Shown here: positions 38,546 through 51,455 of the stretch, in pieces
Layout: every line of letters begins with the position of its first letter
How positions within the stretch are numbered: the first letter of the stretch is position 1
Source: Octopus sinensis
Lineage: Eukaryota
DNA length: 64,000 nucleotides
Reading direction: 5' to 3'
NCBI RefSeq assembly: GCF_006345805.1
Contig: NC_043000.1
Span: 11,656,001 to 11,720,000, forward strand
The notes under the pieces: generated by a model
What the model saw: only the letters and a program-made list of their open reading frames with translations
What the model was told of the DNA's origin: nothing
Databases searched by the model: none
Program-made: the position numbers and the translations under genes

Positions 38546-38941
38546 CTTTTACTCTTTTACTCGTTTCAGTCATTTGACTGCGGCCATGCTGGAGCACCGC
38601 CTTTTAGTCGAGCAAATTGACCCCAGGACTTATTCTTTGTAAGCCTTGTACTTATTCTATTGGTCTCTTTTGCCGAACCGCTAAGTTATGGGGACGTAAA
38701 CACACCAGCATCGGTTGTCAAGCGATGTTGGTGGGGACAAACACAGACACACAAACATATACATACACATAATATACATATGTATACGACGGGCTTCTTT
38801 CGGTTTTCGTCCACTCACAAGGCTTTGGTCGGCCTGGGCTATAGTAGAAGACACTTGCCCAAGGAACCACGCAGTGGGAGTGAACCCAGAGCCATGTGGT
38901 TGGTAAGCAAGCTACTTACCACACAGCCACTCCTGCGCCTA
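38546..38941 (-). mobile_element. SINE family B, full length
   Basis: Head, CORE-like body and tail as in other B copies. Confidence 0.9.
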
Positions 38942-39779
38942 TGTGTGCATTTCCTGAGGGTATCTAGAATAAATAAACCGTCAGCAGCATCATTGTTTTA
39001 CTGTCCACTTTTCCATGCCGACCAAATTTGTTGAGGCAGATTTTTCACAATTCAATGCCCATCCTATCATCAGCTTTTACCTAGTCACAAGCGAGATAAT
39101 ATTTCCCCTGGCAACATCGCTTGCATGGCAATGATACCAGGACAAGGGTATACACAAATGCACACACACACAGAGTCATACACACACACATACATAATAC
39201 TTAAGTGAATACGAGTGTGTGTATACAATGGGCTTCTTTCAGTTTCCATTTACCAAATATACTAACAAATTTCTTTAAGTCCCATGCAGTGGAACTTAAC
39301 CCAAAACTGTACGGTTAGAACCATAAGCTTTTCAACCATACAGCCACACACACACATACACACACACACACACACACATACACACACACACATAAAACAT
39401 TACCTTATATAGTATCATATACCGTAATTAATCCATGCATAATTTATATATATATATATAATATATATATATTATATATATATATATATATAGAAACTTT
39501 CACCCACACACACGCGTGTGTGTGTATATGTATGTATACAAAAGCGCGCGCACCCACACACACATGCGCGCATACGTACACACACAGACATACACACACA
39601 CACACACACACCATGAAAATATGACCTATGAAGTGTGACACCCTATAAAGGAAGCTACCAGAAGACATATGAGAACACCACACTTTCTTCTCCTTCCTCT
39701 TCTATTTCTTATCTTTCTCATCTTGTTTTTCTCTTTCATCTTCCTCTTGCTGTGTTCACCTTCCTCCTCTCTTTCAGTT

Positions 39780-40210
39780 CTTCTGCCTGCCTGTCTGTCT
39801 GTCTGTCTGTCTTTTTATCCGTCTGTCTGTCTGATCATGTCTGCTGTTCTGTATGTTTGTCTGTCACTCTGTCTGCTTGTCTGTCTGTTTGTCTGGCTGT
39901 CTATGTCTGTCTTCTTGTCTGTCTGTCTACCTGCCTCTGTCTGTCTGTCTGTCTGTCTCTCTGTCTCTCTCTCTCTCCCACATATACACACTCTTTCTCA
40001 CTCTCTGTATGTCTATCTGTGTTTGTCTGGCAGTCTGTAGGTATCCATCCACGTATGTCTATCGTCTCCGTAGATCCATCTCTCTCACTTTAGCTAATTG
40101 TAGCATTCTGTCTGTATGTACGTCTATCTCTGTGTCTGTCTATCTATCGGTATGTCTATCTCTGTGTGTATGTACTTATCTGTCTGTCTGTCTATCTATC
40201 TATCAGTCAG
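39780..40210. repeat. (TCTG)n/(TCTA)n low-complexity tract
   Basis: Direct reading. Confidence 0.9.
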
Positions 40211-40580
40211 TCATTCCAGCTTCTTTTCAAAGGAAAAATCTTTGTTGAGATAAAGGAAACTGAAGAGATTAAAAATAACAGTGACAGTAAGGACTATAGA
40301 AATGTGATGGAGATCGTGTTGACGACGACGACGACGACGACAACGACGACGAAGACGACGACGATGATGATGATGATGCTGATGATGATGATGGTGGTGG
40401 TGGTGGTGGTGGTGATTATGGTGATGGTAGTGGTAATGTTGATTATGATCACGACAATAATGATAATGGTGATGGTGGAGAGTAGGTGATTGACGTTGTT
40501 GCTGTTTTTATCCTATGCACACACATTCATATCTATATATACATACACGCATACGTGCGTGCTTCAGAGGTGGTGTATGA

Positions 40581-40612
<32 letters not shown>

Positions 40613-40616
40613 AAGC

Positions 40617-40650
<34 letters not shown>

Positions 40651-40820
40651 AAAGAGAAAGAGAAGAAATGTGTGTGTGGTTGTGTGTGAGAGTGTATACA
40701 TAAATATGCATACATACATATACAAATGAATATTTATATATTGCATATATACATAATACACAGATACACACATGCACACATATACATACATACATACAAA
40801 CATAGATATACACATATATA

Positions 40821-41750
40821 CAGGGTGCGATGGGTAAATTGTCGCCATTGTATATTTTTAATTTCGCGCTGCGCATCGTTTGTTTCTGATTTTGTCGACT
40901 ACACAGTATAGTAGGGTCAGTTGGGCACCGTCTGTGAGTAAAACAGCATCATGACGCAATTCACTCTGCCAGAAATTTGGAAACGATATGTTGTACTGCT
41001 TGGTATTCGTGCTGGGAGCTCCAATTTCGAACATTTCAGAGTGTTTGAGTGTCAATCTGAGGACAGCGCAATCTGAGGACATGTACCGAGAGCACTAGCG
41101 TAGCTAGAGTATGTGCTGCCCTGGGCGACCCTTCCTTTTGCCGCCCCTGGACCCCACAAAAAATACATATTGCCTGCAGCAGACCCCAAACTGGTGCCTC
41201 TTTAAAAGTGCCGCCCGGAGTGGACCGCTCCCTCTCAGCTACGCTAGTGTCCAAGATAAGAATCAAACATTCAGTCAACATCATGGTATTTGGAGTGATC
41301 ACTAGTGATGGTGACGTAATGCCTCCATTCATCTTCCCACACGGCCTCAGACTCAACATGGAGGCCTAAATCAAGTGCCTGGAGGAGGTAGTGAGTGCTG
41401 CCCCGGGTCAAGAGGGTGGCTACTGGAAAACCCTATGTCTGGCAACAGGACTCTGCACCATGTCACACAAGTAGAACCCAGTCATGGCTGTCAGACAATT
41501 TCTCTGACCACATCACCCCTAACATCTGGCCACCTATCTCCCCAGACTGTGAAAGGCCAATAAAACTCCTTGTAACACCAAAGATGAACTGAATGCAAGG
41601 ATTATGACAGCATCCACCAACTTAAACAAGGAAACCATCCAGAAGAGTTACAAGAGATTGTTAAGTCGTCTGGAGGCTGTGGTCGAATCCAATGGCGATT
41701 TTATTGAATAAATTTACTCTTTTGTATTTCAAGATATTTTCATGTAATTT
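40821..41750 (+). mobile_element. maT/DD37D-like Tc1-mariner transposon relic, internally deleted
   Basis: TA followed by CAGGGTGCGATGGGTAAATTGTCG left end. ATG at 40951 (MTQFTLPEIWKR), then KHSVNIMVFGVITSDG...VWQQDSAPCHTSR...WPPISPDC...LEAVVESNGDFIE* (stop 41711). The right TIR was not found. Confidence 0.85.
41093..41249. mobile_element. 157-bp MITE with 13-bp TIRs (CACTAGCGTAGCT)
   Basis: Perfect TIRs at 41093-41105 and 41237-41249. No clear TSD; it sits at the deletion breakpoint of the maT element. Confidence 0.75.
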
Positions 41751-41849
41751 TCACACACATACATATATTTATATATATATATATGATAAGCTTCTTTCAG
41801 TTTCTGTCAGTCAAATCCACTTAGTTGAGTCCGGGCTATATGAAAAGAC

Positions 41850-42960
41850 AATTACCCAAGGTGTCATAGAGTGGGTCCTTTATCTCGGAGGGATGAAAAG
41901 CAAAGTTGGCTGGATTTGAACACAGAGTCTAAAGATCCAGAAGAAATGCTGCTAAGCATTTTGTCCAGTGCACTAACCATTCTGTCACCTGGAATAATGA
42001 CGATGGGTTAGATGATGATGATGATGATGAAGTTGATGATGATAATGATGATGATGATGATGATGATGATGTTAGACATAACTACAAAGGAAAGTATTAA
42101 AGAGAGAAGTACCAGACATTGTTGCTAAGAATATCACTATTGATTCCGAAGACAAAGTGCTTACAATAAGAATAATAATGTTTCCAAATTTTGTCACAAG
42201 ACCGGCAATTTGTGGGGAGGGGGTAAGTCGATTATGTCAAACCCAGTGGTCAACTGGTACTTATTCAATTGACCTAGAAAGGATAAAAAGCAAAGTGGAC
42301 CTCAGTGGAATTTGAACTCCAAACACAGGTGAAATGCCACTAAGCATTTTGCCTGGCATGCTAATGAATCTGCCATCTCATTGCCTTATCAATAAGAATA
42401 ATAATGATTTCAAATTTTGGCACAAGGCCGGCAATTTTGGAGGAGGGTTTAAGTCGATTACATTGACTCCAGTGTTTGTCTGGTACTTATTTTATTGACC
42501 CAGAAAGAATGAAAGGCAAAGTAAACCATGGCAGAATTTGAACTCAGAATGTAAAGATGCTGCTAAGCATTTTTCTCAGCATGCTAACGATTCTACCAGC
42601 TCACATCCTTAACGATAAGAATAATAATGATGAGCCTAATTGCAGTGAAAAGACCCAGGTGGGAAATTAAAACATGTTAATGTCTCTGGAATGCTGTACA
42701 AGTGATTCTAAAGTCACATTCTTCAAGAGATGCAATAATGTGAATAATGGTTTGAAATTTAGCACAAAGCCAGTAGTTTTGATTAGAATCGGTCAGTCAA
42801 TACCTCCAACCCCACTATTTAACAGGTACTTTGTTTTATCAACCCCAGAAGGTGGAAAATTAAAGTTGGCAATGGTGGAACTTGAACTCAGAATGTAACG
42901 AACTGGAAAAAATACCGCAACGCATTTTGTTTGATGCTCTAACAATTCCGCCAGCTCATT
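41850..42960 (-). mobile_element. Cluster of four CpG-decayed family A SINEs
   Basis: Repeated GATGAAAGGCAAAGT...GAATTTGAACTCAGAA...CTAAGCATTTT segments with CpG changed to TpG/CpA. Confidence 0.7.
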
Positions 42961-43786
42961 GCTTATAATAAATACATCTGTGCATTAGCATTGCATTTTG
43001 TTGCATGTTCATACTGCATTTTCTACTGATTTGCTACTGCATTTTCTGCATTTTCTACTGCACTTTCAACATTTCTGCTGCTGAAATCATGCTTCCTTAC
43101 TGCAACATAGACGCCACTTCATAGTCAAATAGTCCCTGTATTCCTGCTGTCTAGTTGCACCACTGTTGCATAGTAGAGGTGCCGCCAACATCACCACCAT
43201 CAACACGACTATACAAACTCGAACACTAAATAACTGCTGCAACCCCTGTTGCAGCATCTAATTGCTACTACTGCGCCAGTGTCATATTACAGTATTGACA
43301 ATGCATGCATCCTGCACTGCTGCTTTCTCTTCTCAAACATCACTGCATTGCTGCCATTTACAATTATGCATCGCTGCACTTCCAATGCACCCTGGCTGCT
43401 TCATTGCTGCACACAGTAGGATTAGAAAGTCATTAATACATCCAGATACGCAGAAATATTGTTTGGTTTACACTCTCTCTCTCTTTCTCTCTCCCCCAAT
43501 CCCTACCCCTCTCTCTGACTATCTCTGTTTGACTCTCTGTCTGTCTGCCTTTCTCTCTGACTGTCTTTCTCTCTCTCTCTCTCTCCTCCCTCTCCCCTTT
43601 TTCTCTGACTATCTGTATTTGACTGTCTGTCTTTCTCACTTTTCCTCCCCCACACTCTCCCTCCCCCCTCTCTCTCTGTTGGTCTGACAATCTCTCTTCT
43701 ACTTTCTGCCTGACACACTTTCTCTTTTTGTCTCTGTCTATCTAACTCACACACAAGCATTCTCTCTCTCCCTCTCTCCCTCCCTC

Positions 43787-43820
<34 letters not shown>

Positions 43821-44247
43821 CTATCTTTCTATCTATCTAACTCCCTCTCTCACACAGACATTTTCTCTGCCTCTCTCTCTTTCTGCTTGCATTTATCAGT
43901 TTATCTCTCTGTCCTCCTCCAAGGCCCGATTTCTTTGTCTACTTCTGACTAGTTAACTGTAGACTTGTCTGTCTGTTTGTCCCTCTCTCTCTCTCTCTCT
44001 CCCTCTCTCTTTCTCTCTCTTTCCCTTCTCTTTCCACTCTCTCTTCCTCTCCATTTCTCCCTCTTCCTCTCTTTATGTATATGAACACACACACACATAC
44101 ACACACACACACACACATACACACACACACACGCACATACACTCACACACACACACACACACACACACAAAACCATCTTTCCCTTTGTCTCTCTGACATG
44201 CCTTTCCTCGAAAACTTAACTCCAGATCTTCTTCTATCCATCTATCT

Positions 44248-44662
44248 TATTTCTTTACTGCCCAAAAGGGGCTACACACAGAGGGGACAAACAAGGACAG
44301 ACAAACAGATTAAGTCGATTATATCGACCCAAGTGCATAACTGGTACTTATTTAATCGACCCCGAAAGGATGAAAGGCAAAGTTGACCTCGGCGGAATTT
44401 GAACTCAGAACATGAAGAGACGAAATACCTATTTCTTTACTACCCACAAGGGGCCAAACACAGAGGGGACAAACAAGGACAGACAAACAGATTAAGTCGA
44501 TTATATCGACCCAAGTGCGTAACTGGTACTTATTTAATCGACCCTGAAAGGATGGAAAGCAAAGTCGACTTCAGTGGAATTTGAACTCAGAACATAGCTG
44601 CAGACAAAATACCACTAAGTATTTCGCCTGGTGCACTAACATTTCTGCCAGCGCGCCGCCTT
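44248..44662 (-). mobile_element. SINE A1 dimer
   Basis: Junction CGAAATACC|TATTTCTTT at 44429. Confidence 0.9.
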
Positions 44663-45009
44663 CAGTTTCCCTCAACCAAATCCACTCACAAGGCTTTGGT
44701 CAGTCCAAGGCTATAGTAGAAGACACTTGCCCAAGGTGCTATGCAGTGGGACTGAACCCAGAACCTTGTGGTTGGTAAGCAAGCTACTTAGCACACAGCC
44801 ACTTCTTCATCTTTATCCTTTCATGAAAATTATCAAATATTTGCCCAAACATCCTGTATATATAAAAATACACTTGTAGTTATTTCTATTGCGTATTAGT
44901 AATTGAGAATGGGGGAACCTCCTGACAAACTGTGCCTACAATAAGGGCTCAATTCCCTTTTAAAATAATGTTGCTTCACCTGCTTTCATTATTCGCAACT
45001 GTCAATGGC

Positions 45010-45307
45010 TTGTCATTTACTTGTTCCAGTCATTGGACTGTGACCATGCTGGGGCACCGCCTTGAAGAGTTTAGTCAAACAAATCAACCCCAGTGCATAT
45101 TCTGGTACATATTCTATTGTTTTCTTCTGCCAAATCGATAAGTTAAAGTGATGTAAACAAACCAACATTGGTTTTCAAGCAGTTGTGAGGGACAAACACA
45201 GACAGAAACACAGACACACCTACATACATGCATATAAGTTACAGGGAACATAAACACACCAACATTGGTTGCCAAGTGATGGTGGGGAGACAAAGACAGA
45301 CACACAA

Positions 45308-45397
<90 letters not shown>

Positions 45398-45575
45398 ATG
45401 TATATGTATATACCTGATGGGATTCTTTCAGTTAGTTTCCATCTACCAGATCCACTTACACAGTTTTAGTTGGCCTGGGGCTGTAGTAGAAGACTTTTGC
45501 CCAAGGTGCTTCACAGTAGGATTGAATCCGAAATGATATGGTTGCAAAGTGAACTTCTTAACCACACAACCAGGC
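45010..45575 (-). mobile_element. SINE family B, CpG-decayed, with a long (TA)n
   Basis: B tail and head flank (TA)n at 45315-45385. Confidence 0.75.
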
Positions 45576-45729
45576 TTTTTTTTTTTGACCACCTTAGCTG
45601 ATACAATGTAGAACAAGCCCATAGCCTACTAATAAGATCCAACAATCTGAAAATAATGAAAGGCTATGGATTTGCTGACAAATGCCAAGATGAGTTTGAC
45701 ATGGAATAAAACTGTTACATATAGCCCCA

Positions 45730-45936
45730 TATCATCATCATCTTCTTCATCATCATCATCATTATCATCATCACCACCACTACCACCACCACCACCATCA
45801 TATTCATCCTCACCACCACCACCACCACCACCACCACCACCACCACCACCATCATCATCATCACCACCACCACCACCACCACTACCACCACCATCATCAT
45901 CATCATCACCACCACCACCACCACCACCACCACTAC

Positions 45937-45985
<49 letters not shown>

Positions 45986-46200
45986 GTCATCATCATTTGA
46001 CATCCATTTTCCATGCTGGCACGGGTTGGACAGTTTGCCAGGAGTTGGCCAGCCAGAAAGTTGTCTTTGCTCCACTTGTCTGTTTTTGCATGGTTTCTAT
46101 GGCCGGATGCCCTTCTTAATGCCAACCAATTCTCAGTGTGTACTGAATGCATTATACACGGTACTGATACTGATGCTCTTTACATGGCATTGGCACATAA
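45730..46200 (-). mobile_element. RTE-type tail with an expanded (CAT/CAC)n microsatellite
   Basis: (CAT)n followed by TTTTCCATGCTGGCACGGG...GGATGCCCTTCTTAATGCCAACC. Confidence 0.75.
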
Positions 46201-46361
46201 CAATTTGGATCCATTGTCAAGCTGAATCTGGAACACTTAGGAATGCAGGTGTGAAACTGAATTCTAAGTAGGGTCTCTTTAAAGATTGACTGGAAGAACT
46301 GCCAGAAATGAATTAAGCAGTTCGAGTTGATAAAATTTTAAACAGTTTTAAATTTTAAACA

Positions 46362-46727
46362 AGGCGCATGAGTGGCTGTGTGGTAAGTAGCTTGCTTACC
46401 AACCACATGGTTCCGGGTTCAGTCCTACTGCATGGCACCTTGGGCAAGTGTCTTCTACTATAGCCTCGGGCTGACCAAAGCCTTGTGAGTGGATTTGGTA
46501 GAGGGAAACTGAAAGAAGCCCGTCGTATATATGTATACGGTGGTGGTGGTGGTGGTGGTGGTGGTGTGGTGGTGAGGATGAATATGATGGTGGTGGTGGT
46601 GGTAGTGGTGGTGATGATGATAATGATGATGATGATGAAGAAGATGATGATGATATGGGGCTATATGTAACAGTTTTTTAAAAACCATTATAGAAATTAT
46701 TTACCCTTATTATTATATTACTAATTG

Positions 46728-46774
<47 letters not shown>

Positions 46775-46990
46775 TCGTGTGTCTGTATTTGTCCCCCTAG
46801 CATTGCTTGACAATCGATGCTGGTGTGTTTATGTCCCCGTTACTTAGCGGTTCGGCAAAAGAGACCGATAGAATAAGTACTGGGCTTACAAAGAATAAGT
46901 CCCAGGGTCGATTTGCTCGACTAAAGGCGGTGCTCCAGCATGGCCGCAGTCAAAATGACTGAAACAAGTAAAAGAGTAAAAGAGTAAAAG
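46362..46990 (+). mobile_element. SINE family B carrying an inverted templated insert at 46539-46677
   Basis: Intact head and tail; the insert is the reverse complement of about 45708-45845. Confidence 0.85.
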
Positions 46991-47020
46991 TGTTTCATCA
47001 GATTATATTCAAAGAACCTA

Positions 47021-47253
47021 AAGGCGGCGAGCTGGCAGAAACGTTAGCACGCTGGGCGAAATGCGTAGCTGTATTTCGTCTGTCGTGACGTTCCGAGTTC
47101 AAATTCCGCCGAGGTCGACTTTGCCTTTCATCCTTTCGGGGTCGATAAATTAAGTACCAGTTACACACTGGGGTCGAAATAATCGACTTAATCCGTTCGT
47201 CTGTCCTTATTTGTCCCGTCTGTGTTTAGCCCCTTGTGGGCAGTAAAGAAATA
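47021..47253 (+). mobile_element. SINE A1, full length, with a 17-bp TSD
   Basis: TSD TATATTCAAAGAACCTA at 47004-47020 and 47254-47270. Confidence 0.95.
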
Positions 47254-47289
47254 TATATTCAAAGAACCTAGCAATGACTGTATGACAGC

Positions 47290-47709
47290 AACAACATGGC
47301 CTCTGAAGGAAAGAAGAAGTGTGGAAGACCCATTTAATACCTGGTGAAGAACGGTTGGAAAGGAGAGGCAGGCTGATGGATGGGGGATGTGGAAGTAGGT
47401 GTGAATCACAGCCATCGACAGGGCAGCATGGAAAGAGAGAGTGGAAGCTTTAACCCTTTAGTGTTCAGATTACTCTGTCAAATATAATGCTTTTTCATTC
47501 ACATTGTTTTCAATCAATCCTGCATTATCTTGTCGCTCTGAGAATTTGATGATGTGATGCTTTATTTTGAGGATGTCATTGTAGGATATGAGTGAGAGGC
47601 CAGATCTGGATGGTTTGAACATAAAAGAAGGAGAAAATTGGGGCCGGATATGGCCGGTTTAAATGCTAAAGGGTTAAGTGCCACCAGGCACGAAAAGGAG
47701 AGATAGAAT
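47290..47709 (+). pseudogene. RTE-clade LINE C-terminal fragment split by a MITE
   Basis: GRP..TW.RTVGKERQ..GW...TAIDRAAWKERVEAL|SATRHEKER*. The frame is restored when the MITE and one TTAA are removed. Confidence 0.7.
47454..47673. mobile_element. piggyBac-type MITE (220 bp)
   Basis: TTAA TSDs at 47450-53 and 47674-77; TIRs CCCTTTAGTGTT and AATGCTAAAGGG. Confidence 0.9.
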
Positions 47710-47769
47710 ACATTTCCATTGTAGACTTCTGAATAAGAATGAAATATCTAGAGGTATATCTCCTATAGT

Positions 47770-48105
47770 GAAGGTGCATTGCTCAGTGGTTAGAGTGTTG
47801 GGCTTATGATCATGAGGTTGTGAGTTCGAATCCCGAACTGGGTTGTATATTGTGTTCTCGAGCAAGACACTTTATATCACGTTGCTCCAGTTCACTCAGC
47901 TGTAGAAATGAGTTGCGACATCACTGATGCCAAGCTGTATTGGCCTTTGCCTTTCCCTTGGATATCATCAGTGGTGTGGAGAGGGAAAGCTGGTATGCAC
48001 GGGCGACTGCTGGTCTTCCATAAACAACCTTGCCCAGACTTGTGCCTGGGAGGTTAACTTTCTAAGTGCAATCCCACGGTCAATCATGACCAAAGGGGGT
48101 CTCAA
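47770..48105 (+). mobile_element. SINE family C1 head/core with an alternative tail
   Basis: Same structure as 31493-31829; flanked by ATATCTCCTA repeats. Confidence 0.8.
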
Positions 48106-48659
48106 TATCTCCTAAAGACTGCACCAGGGGTTCCTAAAATGGGTGGGAAGAACCAGGAGGGCTTTGACAAAAAGTGGGTTGATAATGGGGTGGCCAAAGC
48201 ATCTAGAGGTATATCTCCTATAGTGTACACCAGTGGTTCCTAAAATGGGTGGAAAGATCCAGGAGGGTATTGAAGAAAAGTGGATTGATAATGGGGGTGG
48301 CCAAAAAAGAGCAATGGGTGTAAAAACTTCCAAAATGATGGGTTAAATAGGTTAGGTTTTGTTTGTGAAATGCAGTTGTTTTGAATTTGCTGCAGAAAGG
48401 TGGTCTATGTTTATGATGGTGAATAGTGGGTGGGGTGCTGGGAATGTGGTCCAGGTGCCAAGGGGGCACTGAAAAGAATAATACTTTAAGGCCATACTTT
48501 AGCCTTCAGCCCCTGGTATAAAGCCACCTCCTCAGCTGAGGAGGTTTGTGATTATTTATTTCCTTTCTTTACTTTGTTTTGCAAGTTATATGATGACCTC
48601 TTTAATGCTGGTGTCACCAAAAAAAAAAAAAATAATATAATAAAAGACAATAGAACACT

Positions 48660-49094
48660 CAGTATACAACTGTGAAGTGGTTTAGTGTTAGGAAGGGTAT
48701 CCAGCCACTGAAAACAATGCCAAGGTTGGCATTGGGGTCTGACGTGCTCTGTGGTTGTCAAATCCTGCCAAAACCATCCAACCCATGCCAGCATGGAAAA
48801 CAAACTTTAAATGATGATGGTGATGATGATCATGATGACGACGACGACAACGACGATGCTGATGCTGATGATGATGATGATGATGATGATGATGACAACA
48901 GCAACGACGAGGATGACAACAACAATGACACCATGACAACAACAATGACACCAATGACAATGATGATGATGAAGGTGATGCCGAAGAGTAGTAGTAGTGG
49001 TGGTGGTGGTGGTAGTAGTAGTAGCAGTGGTAGTAGTAGTAGTAGTAGTAGTAGTAGTTAGTGGTGGTGGTGGTGGTGGTAGTAGTAGTAGTGG

Positions 49095-49134
<40 letters not shown>

Positions 49135-49185
49135 GGTGGTGGTGGTAAGTAGTAGTAGTAGTAGTAGGAGGAGGAGGAGGAGGAG
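48660..49185 (+). mobile_element. RTE-type tail followed by (GAT)/(AGT)/(GGT) microsatellites
   Basis: GTGTTAGGAAGGGTATCCAGCC...CATGCCAGCATGGAAAA followed by (GAT)n. Confidence 0.75.
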
Positions 49186-50031
49186 GCAATAATTGTGCCA
49201 GGTATTGGTGTAATATTTATAAAACGGGATCCGATCCAGGTTATGCTTTTGGTTATAATGTTACTGTATGACTTTTTTTTTAAAATTTTAATGCAAGCAT
49301 ATTTAGAAGAATGTTGTCGTAATACTCTTGTTTAGCTACAGGACACCCACCTCGCATCAAGTCAACCAGATGATCAAAAGTATTCAAGCCACCCTCATTC
49401 TTACATATATCACGTATATCCAGGACTAAATTAAGCAATGTATCCCCCTTAAGCAATGCATCCCTTTAAGCAATGTATCCCTTTGTTATTTTAGATAGCA
49501 GTAGACAGAGAGGGATTTGACTGCTATTTTCAGCAACTTTATCAACCACTTAGAATCCCTCCTGTTGGCTGGCTTCATTGTTGCTATATTTTGTTGATTT
49601 GTGAGTATTAGATATTTGTGAAGAGCTGAATAGCTATTCTTAAGCTAGGATTTACATTAATCCATCACTGTCTATTGTTATTGTATTGTTTACAACCTCT
49701 TTCTCCTCTCCTCTAAATATGGTTTGCTTGTTTCTTTTTCTCTTTCTTTTTCTTTTCTTTTTCTTTTCATTATTCACCTTTGCATTCCAGGGAGATGTTT
49801 GGTTCAGCAACTTTTGATTATATATAAACACACATACCAGTTCAGTACTGTGGCAAATTTTGCTTCTTTCTGTCACTGTCTATCTGTCTGTTTGTCTGTT
49901 TGTCTGTTTGTCTGTTTGTCTGTCTGTCTGTCTGCCTGTCTGTCTGTCTGTCTCTGTCTATCTGTCTGTCTGTTTCTCTCTTCCTCTCTCTCTCTTAGAG
50001 GCATAGGTTTCACCAGGTTTGGAATAGCTCT

Positions 50032-50265
50032 CTTTACTCTCTTTTACTTGTTTCAGTCATTTGACTGCAGACATGCTGGAGCACCGCCTTTAGTTGAACA
50101 AATCAACCCCAGAACTTATTTTATCTGTCTCTTTTCCTGAACCACTAAGTTATGGGGACGTAAACACACCAACATCAGTTGTCAAGTGATGATGGTGGGG
50201 GACAAACAGAGACACACAACCATACACACACACACAGACACACACACACACATACACACACACAC

Positions 50266-50304
<39 letters not shown>

Positions 50305-50472
50305 ACACGCACGCATGACAGGTTTCTTTCAGTTTCCATCTACCAAATCCACTCGCAATGCTTTGGTTGGCCTGAGGTTAAAGTAGAAGACACTTGTCCA
50401 AGGTGCCATGCAGTGGGACTGAACCCAGAACCATGTTGTTGGCAAGCAAGCTGCTTACCATGCAGCCACTCC
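50032..50472 (-). mobile_element. SINE family B, CpG-decayed
   Basis: B tail and head with an internal (CA)n. Confidence 0.8.
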
Positions 50473-50670
50473 TGCATGTTAGGTATATCTGTAGTAGTAT
50501 GCCATATTCACTGTCTACGGCTACCTAGCTTCATTCATGATAATTACACAATTGTCACTGGGTCTACCTCAGGAAATCCTCAGGGTATGTTGAGTATAAA
50601 ACACACACACACACATACACATATATATAAGAGGCCAAAGTGTACGTGTGCTGCCATATGTATATAAAAA

Positions 50671-51127
50671 GGAATACAAAAAATGGGACAAGAATCCAAA
50701 ACATCCAGACAGTTAGATGATACAAAAAAAAGGACAAGAAAAAACAAGGATGGGGTCATTTGGAGTTTTCTATCCTCAGTCGAGTTCCAGATTATCTTTG
50801 CAATTTCGGCTGGTTATACTCGAGATAGCTCCAATCTGGCCAGCCCCAAAGCAAAAAATCTAAGCTAAGAGCACTAGATTCCTTGGAAGAAAGAATACAT
50901 TCGCTGCTTTCATTCGCTGCTGGCCAGATTGGACCAATCTCGAGTATAACCAGCTGAAATTGCAAAGATAATGTGGAACTCGACTGAGGAAAGAAAATTC
51001 CAAATGACCTCATCCTTGTTTTTTTTTCATTCCTTTTTGTATCATCTGTCTGGATGATTTATTGTCCCTTTTTTGCATCATCTAACTGTCTGCATGTTTT
51101 GCGTTCTTGTCCCAATTTTTGTATTCC
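50671..51127. repeat. Imperfect long inverted repeat (arms 50671-50844 and 50919-51127)
   Basis: Arms are clearly complementary with substitutions; the right arm has an internal ~40-bp duplication. Confidence 0.9.
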
Positions 51128-51354
51128 CGACAAATGGGCATGTGAAACTCTGAGTAACAGCTTTTGCTATATTTCTGCTGCTTTTAAATAAAGCATATTA
51201 CTCTACTATACCTCTGGTATTTGAGTACTTTTTTTTTCCACCTTGTTTCACATTTATGTGCTTACTCCAGTATATATGTATGTTATATATATATATATAT
51301 ATATATATATAAGATATATAAATATGATATGTATGTATGTATTGTATATATATA

Positions 51355-51404
<50 letters not shown>

Positions 51405-51408
51405 GTGT

Positions 51409-51455
<47 letters not shown>

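Noticed and set aside
50482-50583. Plus-strand exon GISVVV...TGSTSGNPQG with a GTATGT donor
   Set aside because: The acceptor lies at a SINE end with no polypyrimidine tract, and the protein is not recognisable.
50976-51010. CTGAGGA in the 50.7-kb inverted repeat as a hammerhead
   Set aside because: No correctly placed GAAA or stem II follows.
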